DNA of 64,000 bases from the NCBI GenBank assembly GCA_043811375.1, contig JBDRNJ010000068.1, positions 18,936-82,935 on the forward strand, in the 5' to 3' direction. The stretch comes from a bacterium (GTDB lineage: Bacteria > Zixibacteria > MSB-5A5 > GN15 > FEB-12). Shown one piece after another: positions 56,886 to 64,000 of this stretch. Position numbers and translations under genes: made by a program. How positions within the stretch are numbered: position 1 is the stretch's first letter; every line of letters starts with the position of its first letter. The notes beneath the pieces are model-generated. The model was not told the origin of the DNA. It was given only the letters and a program-made list of their open reading frames with translations, and searched no databases.

Positions 56886-57101
56886 ATGACGGGAATGATT
56901 ATGCGGGTGGAACTGGAAAGATCGCCGACAGAGAAGCTGATAATTGAAAGCAGCGAATACAAGGGACACGACCTGGTGTCTCTGCGAATATACTTCCTCT
57001 CCAAGGAAGAAGAGTGGCTGCCGACCAAGAAGGGCGTCACCTTCAAACGCGATCAGCTTGACGAAGTGATGGCGGCCCTGAATCAGATCAAGACGGGGTA
57101 G
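56886..57101 (+). CDS. PC4/YdbC-family ssDNA-binding protein
   Basis: EYKGHDLVSLRIYF...EWLPTKKGVTF. Confidence 0.85.
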   Translation: MTGMIMRVELERSPTEKLIIESSEYKGHDLVSLRIYFLSKEEEWLPTKKGVTFKRDQLDEVMAALNQIKTG

Positions 57102-57302
57102 CCTGTCGACACGCCCGAAAGTTGGGCTTTGTATTACACCTGGCCCCGGCCGGTGGCATCGCCGCTCTTATTTGGCATCGCTACATTTTACGCGCGGTCA
57201 GGAATCCTTTCCTGACCGAACGATTGACTTTTGTTACAGCCTCCTTGACTTACCTGACGCTATCGTTATATTAACTGCGTACTCAACATCTGAGATTTCA
57301 AT

Positions 57303-60300
57303 ATGGTCAGAAAGTATATCCTCCTGGTTGGTATGACGCTGGCACTCCTCAGTTCGGGGGGAGTCGCCGATATCGATCGCGGTGAACCTGTTCGTCTGGA
57401 GCCGGTTGATGACCCGTTGATGTTGCCGTATCGGTTCACGATCAATCTCAAGAAAATCGGTCTGGGGGAGGACAAACAATCGATTCTGGAACAATTCGTA
57501 CCGGCCGATATATTCGGACACGGCACTACCGGTCTCTACGGCATCGGCCATAACTGGCGTCCGGCGGACAGTCTGACCGGAATCATCTTCTATGCCGATA
57601 TCGAGCAGAAAAAGACCATCTCTCACGTCAATGTCAAAACGAATCGGATCACGTCTCATCGACACGGTGATTATGATGGTGACGGCGTCATCGAAGTGGC
57701 CGTCACCTATACGCGGCAGGACACTCTCTGGCTGGAACTGATCGATCCCGTGCAGAAGAGTCTGTGCCGAATGGTTCTTATCGTCGGCCGTGACCTTGAC
57801 GGCAATGGTTTCTGGGATGGCGCCGGTGTTATTGCTACCGCTTATGACTTCAACGGTGACGGTTACCCGGAGTTTCTTATTAACTGTGACACGGGCTACG
57901 ATCTCTATCCTCGAAAACTGATCTGCGTTGACTGGTTTAACGACGAGATTCGGTGGGAATTCGATGTCGCCGGTATCGTCAATTCGGGATTTGTCTTCGT
58001 GCAGGGACTGGTAGACGGAGAAAAGCCGTCCATCGTTTTTGCCACCGGTTCCAAAGGCAATGCGGCAGTAACGGCGGACATGGATGACCGCCATGCCTAC
58101 CTGATTGTCCTTGATGACGAGGGTCGCCTGCGGTGGAAGAAAGAGATGGGTGGTGTTTTCAGCAGTTGCTGCCCGGTGATGATTGACCGCAACGGCGACG
58201 GCATCAGCGAAATCCTGGCTACCTGTCGCTACGAAACTCCCGGTGCCAAGGCCGGCGACGAGACGAAATATGGCGGCATGTTACAGGTGATTGACCGGCA
58301 CGGCGCACTGGTTGACTCAGTCGTGTTTGGAGCCGACCGGGTAGTCAGTTGGCTGCAGCAGTTTGATTGGGATACCGACGGTGAAATGGAACTGTTCATT
58401 TCACTCACTGATGCCAGTCTGCTGGTCTACGATAAGATGTTGCGGCTGGTCCGGCAGGTAGAGCTGTACTCGGTGGGTGTAGTCTGGGACTGTCGGGATT
58501 TCCTCGGCCAGGGCCGCAAACAGCTTCTGATGGTGACCCGCGACAATAAGCTCTGGCTGCTGGACACCGAGTTTGAGCCACTGGCTCAATTTTCATCGGG
58601 GGAAGTCTTTGATCGCGGCAAGTCGGCTGTTTTTTCGCATGGCGACACCCGTGCCGGTTACGGGATTGTCCTGGCCGGTGATGGAGGACACGTCAATTAT
58701 TTTCTTGCCCTGGTGGACAGTCCCTGGAGCACGGTGTTTTTCCGACACCCGGGGCTGGCGTTCCTGGCGGCGCTGGTACCGATGGGTCTGGTGGTGATAC
58801 TGGTCTGCATTAGCTGGTACCGGACACGAGCGAAAAACCGGGTCATTTCCGAGCAGCGTGACCGGTTGGATAGCGCTCTGGAGAGACTCCGGGCCGCCCA
58901 GGAGCAATTGGTGGCGGTTGAGCAGTACCGCCGTACCGAACAACAACTTCGCGCCAGTCAGCAGCGGTACAGCGAACTGGTGAACTTGCTGCCGCAGGGC
59001 GTCTATGAGGTAGATCTGGACGGTAAATTAACTTTTGCCAACCGGCAGGCATTCGCAGTTACCGGCTACACCCAGGATGACGTCGATCAGGGCTTGAATA
59101 CCGAAATTATGTTCCCGGTACATGAGCAGGATCGTGCCAGGCAGAATATGGCCAAAGTCCTGCGTGGGGAGCAATTTGATGATCACGAATACACCTTCCG
59201 GCGCAAGGATGGCAGCACTTTCCCGGTCCTGATTTTTTCCAGCCCCATCATGCGGGGCGACCAACCGGTTGGGTTACGTGGTATCCTCCTGGATATCACT
59301 GAGCGCAAACGTGCGATGGAAGCGCTGAAGGAGTCGGAGACGCGCTACCACGAGCTATTCGAGTCCATTATTGAGGGGATAGGTGTAGTCGACGAAAACG
59401 AAATCATCCAATTCTGTAATCCCGCCTATGCACACATCCTGGGGGTAGAGTCGGCAGAGCACTTGATCGGTAAGAACATATTGGACTTTGTGCCCGAGGA
59501 TCAGAAAAGCATCATCCTTGCCCAGACTGAAAAGCGAAAGAAGAACCAGGCTTCACAGTACGAGCTGGATATCATAACGGCCCAACAGGAGCGTAAGACT
59601 ATTCTTGTGTCGGCCTCCCCGCGATTCAACGACAGCAAACAATACATCGGTGCTTTCGGAGCCGTCATTGACATCACTGAGCGCCAGAGAGTTGCTGATC
59701 GTGAGAAAGCCCGGCTTCAGCTTTTCAATGACCTGCGTTCAGCCTTGAGTGTAGATGCCTGCCTGGAGTGTGGGTGTCGGGCCATCTATGAGGCCGGTCT
59801 GTTCAAACGGGCAGTGATCACATTGCACAATGAACATCGCCAGATTGTCAATCTGGGGCAGGTAGGTCTGGATCCGGAGGTGATAACGGCCGCCCGCCAG
59901 GCGCCCGCTCCCGACGATGAACTTACCCGCAATATGACTCAGGACAAGTTTCGCATCGGTCATGCCTATTTTGTTCCCGAGGAAGCAGCCCTGTCATTGG
60001 AAGACACTCCCCGCTACGTGGCGCAGGAAGCCGCCGCCGCCGAGGGCGACACAGCCTGGAAAACCGGCGATGAACTGTTTGTACCTCTTCGCGGTGAAGA
60101 TGATCGGTACGAGGGCTGGCTGTCGGTGGACACACCGTTTTACGGCCGGCGACCAACATCGGAAGTGGTACGTTTTCTGGAACAGGTAGTTGACATCGTG
60201 CGCCAGAAAGTGCGCGAAATCGTCAGCATGGAACAATTACGACAGAGTCTGGCCGCCCTGCGTAAGAGCGAGGAGCGCGCACGAACGCTTCTGGACGGCA

Positions 60301-62081
60301 TTACCGAGACAATGATCCTAATAGACAACGATGGCACAATCCTCACGATGAATCAGTCAGCCGCCAATAGATTCGGCAGGAACATCGATCAGATGGTCGG
60401 CTTGAGGGTGCAGGATTTAGCTTCCCAATTGGTATCGCCGGAAGTGGCTAAAGACAGACTGTCACGAATTGATGAAGCCATTGGTCAGAATAAACCCGTG
60501 CGATTCGAAGACGAACGTGATGGTCGCCTCTATGACACCAACTACTGTCCTGCTGTTGATGCGGATGGCGAGGTTGTCCAGCTTGCTATTTTTGCCGTGG
60601 ATGTCACTGAGCGCAAGCGAGCGGAGGAAGCCCTGCGTGAAAGCGAACGCATCTTGCTTGAGGCTCAGCGAATTGCCTCGACCGGAAGCTGGCAGGTGGA
60701 TGTCCGACAAGGTGTAGAAATTCTGTCGCCGACTATGACGGAGATATACGGTATTAATAAGAGCACAATCAGCCTCGAAGAAGGTATGCAGCTCGTTCAC
60801 CCTGATGATAGACCGGGGGCAAGAGAGGCGTATCGGCAGGTAGCAGCCGGGAAACCGGTGCCACTGGAATATCGCATTGTCAAACCGGATGGTGAGGTAC
60901 GAACCGTTTTCACACCCGGTGCGCATCTGGTTCGAGATGACAAGGGTGAGGTGGTGAAAGTTGTCGGAGTGACCCTGGATATCACCGAGCGCAAACAAGC
61001 AGAAGAAGCCCTCAAGAACGAACGGGATTTCGTACACTCGCTGATGGACACCGCCAACAGCCTGATCGTCTGTCTGGATGGCCAGGCCCGAATCACGGTG
61101 TTTAATCGGGAATGCGAAAAAGTTACCGGATACGAGCGAGAAGAGGTCTTAGGCAAAAGCTGGCCCGGTATTTTCCTTCCCAGGGACCACCATCACCACA
61201 GTATAGAGGATTTCGCTGCCTGGGTCAGACAGCACCCGGAGGATATGTATGAAGGTCCCCTGATAACCAAATCCGGTCAGGTTCGAACTATTTTATGGTC
61301 CAACTCGGCTCTGTTTTCCGATGACTCCGATGAGGTGACGGCGCTTGCCGTCGGTCAGGACATTACCGACCGCAAGGAAGCCGAGAGGCAACTCGAGTTG
61401 GCCAACCGGGAACGCTATAACCAGGTCCGACAGATAGCCGGAGGTGTCGCCCATGAAATACATAATGCCCTCTACCCGGCCACCAGCTCGGTAGCTAAAC
61501 TCAAGGAGAGGCTGACCCTGGTCGGCAGCGACGACCTTACCCGCCACCAGGCACTGATTACGCTGATTGAGAAATCTGTCACCCGCGCTCTCAGCATGAC
61601 GGAACTGGTTACCCGCTACTCGCGGCTGGAATCTGAAAAGAGGCAGGAGTCGGTTGATCTGACACAGTTACTACAAACGGTTGTCAGTGATAACCGCTCT
61701 CGAATCGAGCAACTCGGCGTTACTGTCAACCTTAACCTCCAATCGGATATTACCTGCCGTGGCTGGCATATACATATCTACAGCTTGTTTAACAACATAA
61801 TGGTCAATGCCTTGGATGCTCTGGAGGAAGTGTCCCGCAGGGAGGTTTCCGTCATGGCTGCCCGTGAAGGCGAGAAAATCAGGGTTGAATTTACAGATTC
61901 GGGACCGGGTATCCCTCCGGAAAACAAAGGCAGAATATTCAGCGCTTTTTTCAGTACCCGACCCAAGGACGGCACCGGACTGGGGCTGGCGATGGCAAAA
62001 AAGATTGCTGAATTGTACAATGGCAGCATTGAAGTCGAATCGGAACTGGACAAAGGCACGAAATTCGTTATATTGCTATAG
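57303..62081 (+). CDS. Sensor histidine kinase: extracytoplasmic FG-GAP-like propeller, TM, multiple PAS, GAF, HisKA, HATPase
   Basis: Signal peptide; DxDGDG motifs; TM LAFLAALVPMGLVVILVCISW; repeated DITERK PAS ends; AHEIHNAL, NIMVNALDA, DSGPGI, GTGLGL. Confidence 0.93.
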   Translation: MVRKYILLVGMTLALLSSGGVADIDRGEPVRLEPVDDPLMLPYRFTINLKKIGLGEDKQSILEQFVPADIFGHGTTGLYGIGHNWRPADSLTGIIFYADIEQKKTISHVNVKTNRITSHRHGDYDGDGVIEVAVTYTRQDTLWLELIDPVQKSLCRMVLIVGRDLDGNGFWDGAGVIATAYDFNGDGYPEFLINCDTGYDLYPRKLICVDWFNDEIRWEFDVAGIVNSGFVFVQGLVDGEKPSIVFATGSKGNAAVTADMDDRHAYLIVLDDEGRLRWKKEMGGVFSSCCPVMIDRNGDGISEILATCRYETPGAKAGDETKYGGMLQVIDRHGALVDSVVFGADRVVSWLQQFDWDTDGEMELFISLTDASLLVYDKMLRLVRQVELYSVGVVWDCRDFLGQGRKQLLMVTRDNKLWLLDTEFEPLAQFSSGEVFDRGKSAVFSHGDTRAGYGIVLAGDGGHVNYFLALVDSPWSTVFFRHPGLAFLAALVPMGLVVILVCISWYRTRAKNRVISEQRDRLDSALERLRAAQEQLVAVEQYRRTEQQLRASQQRYSELVNLLPQGVYEVDLDGKLTFANRQAFAVTGYTQDDVDQGLNTEIMFPVHEQDRARQNMAKVLRGEQFDDHEYTFRRKDGSTFPVLIFSSPIMRGDQPVGLRGILLDITERKRAMEALKESETRYHELFESIIEGIGVVDENEIIQFCNPAYAHILGVESAEHLIGKNILDFVPEDQKSIILAQTEKRKKNQASQYELDIITAQQERKTILVSASPRFNDSKQYIGAFGAVIDITERQRVADREKARLQLFNDLRSALSVDACLECGCRAIYEAGLFKRAVITLHNEHRQIVNLGQVGLDPEVITAARQAPAPDDELTRNMTQDKFRIGHAYFVPEEAALSLEDTPRYVAQEAAAAEGDTAWKTGDELFVPLRGEDDRYEGWLSVDTPFYGRRPTSEVVRFLEQVVDIVRQKVREIVSMEQLRQSLAALRKSEERARTLLDGITETMILIDNDGTILTMNQSAANRFGRNIDQMVGLRVQDLASQLVSPEVAKDRLSRIDEAIGQNKPVRFEDERDGRLYDTNYCPAVDADGEVVQLAIFAVDVTERKRAEEALRESERILLEAQRIASTGSWQVDVRQGVEILSPTMTEIYGINKSTISLEEGMQLVHPDDRPGAREAYRQVAAGKPVPLEYRIVKPDGEVRTVFTPGAHLVRDDKGEVVKVVGVTLDITERKQAEEALKNERDFVHSLMDTANSLIVCLDGQARITVFNRECEKVTGYEREEVLGKSWPGIFLPRDHHHHSIEDFAAWVRQHPEDMYEGPLITKSGQVRTILWSNSALFSDDSDEVTALAVGQDITDRKEAERQLELANRERYNQVRQIAGGVAHEIHNALYPATSSVAKLKERLTLVGSDDLTRHQALITLIEKSVTRALSMTELVTRYSRLESEKRQESVDLTQLLQTVVSDNRSRIEQLGVTVNLNLQSDITCRGWHIHIYSLFNNIMVNALDALEEVSRREVSVMAAREGEKIRVEFTDSGPGIPPENKGRIFSAFFSTRPKDGTGLGLAMAKKIAELYNGSIEVESELDKGTKFVILL

Positions 62082-62259
62082 CCCCAAAGAACAGGCTGTG
62101 CCAAGATTCGCCTTTCGTCACGAGCGAGGGCGAAGCAACTTCACTCCTGTCTGAATCATCAACTTTGGATACGGCAGCCACGGTGGTAGCACGTCCCGGG
62201 GTAGTGACGAGCTGACTTTGACGGCCGGTGCGGTGTGCCGAATCGTAACGCGACTGTGT

Positions 62260-63615
<1,356 letters not shown>

Positions 63616-63742
63616 TTTTACCCTCTCGTAGAGTAGGGTATCTGGGTCTTTTTTACCTGCCACTTCCTTAGGCAATATCGCAACAATGCTCTAACACGTT
63701 GTGGTATATGTCCTTATCTAATCATGGCGGCCGCATTCCGGA

Positions 63743-63757
63743 TGGCACCCTTTTTGT
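63743..63757 (+). promoter_or_regulatory. Possible sigma54 promoter (imperfect -12)
   Basis: TGGCAC-N5-TTGT downstream of the bEBP gene; -12 is GT instead of GC. Confidence 0.3.
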
Positions 63758-64000
63758 TTATATATATAGTCGGACTGCTGAGTATCTGGTCGGTCTGACT
63801 ACTCAGACAGGATGCTTGGAAACCGGACTTGTCGACGGAAAGACGAGTCTACGGCTTCTGAGTTCCTTTTATTACGGTACCGAGAGTCCTTGGCGTTTGA
63901 AGGAATGCCTTAGTTATTGATAATTATTCTTCGGGGGAAGACTTTTGGGGGGAGCAGGACTCGATTGTGCCGATGAGCATGATCGAGGTGAGAGGGGTTG

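Noticed and set aside
63699-63920. 73-aa ORF at the window end
   Set aside because: No SD or family signal, and it overlaps a putative promoter and leader.

Overview
A gene-dense, GC-rich bacterial chromosome segment. My inference is an FCB-superphylum organism, most like Candidatus Zixibacteria, based on a T9SS translocon SprA, a T9SS-type C-terminal sorting domain, a type I dockerin and a cohesin domain. In order, the window holds: a truncated cohesin gene with a sigma54-type promoter; asnS; a radical SAM gene; a GT-C membrane protein; a TetR-TolC-HlyD-ABC efflux operon; a large FG-GAP/T9SS cargo protein; a cobalamin riboswitch followed by btuB and a dockerin-bearing beta-propeller; a long co-directional run (parvulin, polyprenol kinase, csp, recG, DUF1844, murB, sprA, M28/glutaminyl cyclase-like, selA, selB, amidohydrolase, nfeD, short nfeD, stomatin); an isolated motAB pair; a 3.04 kb IS1-family element with TIRs, a target duplication and cargo genes; a direct-repeat-flanked orphan gene; an unassigned pseudoknot-capable ncRNA candidate; HEAT-cyclophilin; and a large FG-GAP/PAS/GAF histidine kinase with a sigma54 response regulator. 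Intergenic spaces carry many REP/MITE-like palindromes. The best leads are the dockerin-tethered B12 capture module, the sprA-glutaminyl cyclase linkage with Gln-rich signal peptide +1 positions, the cargo-carrying IS1 element, and the orphan ncRNA at 53340-53487. All family assignments are by motif recognition; no database searches were run.
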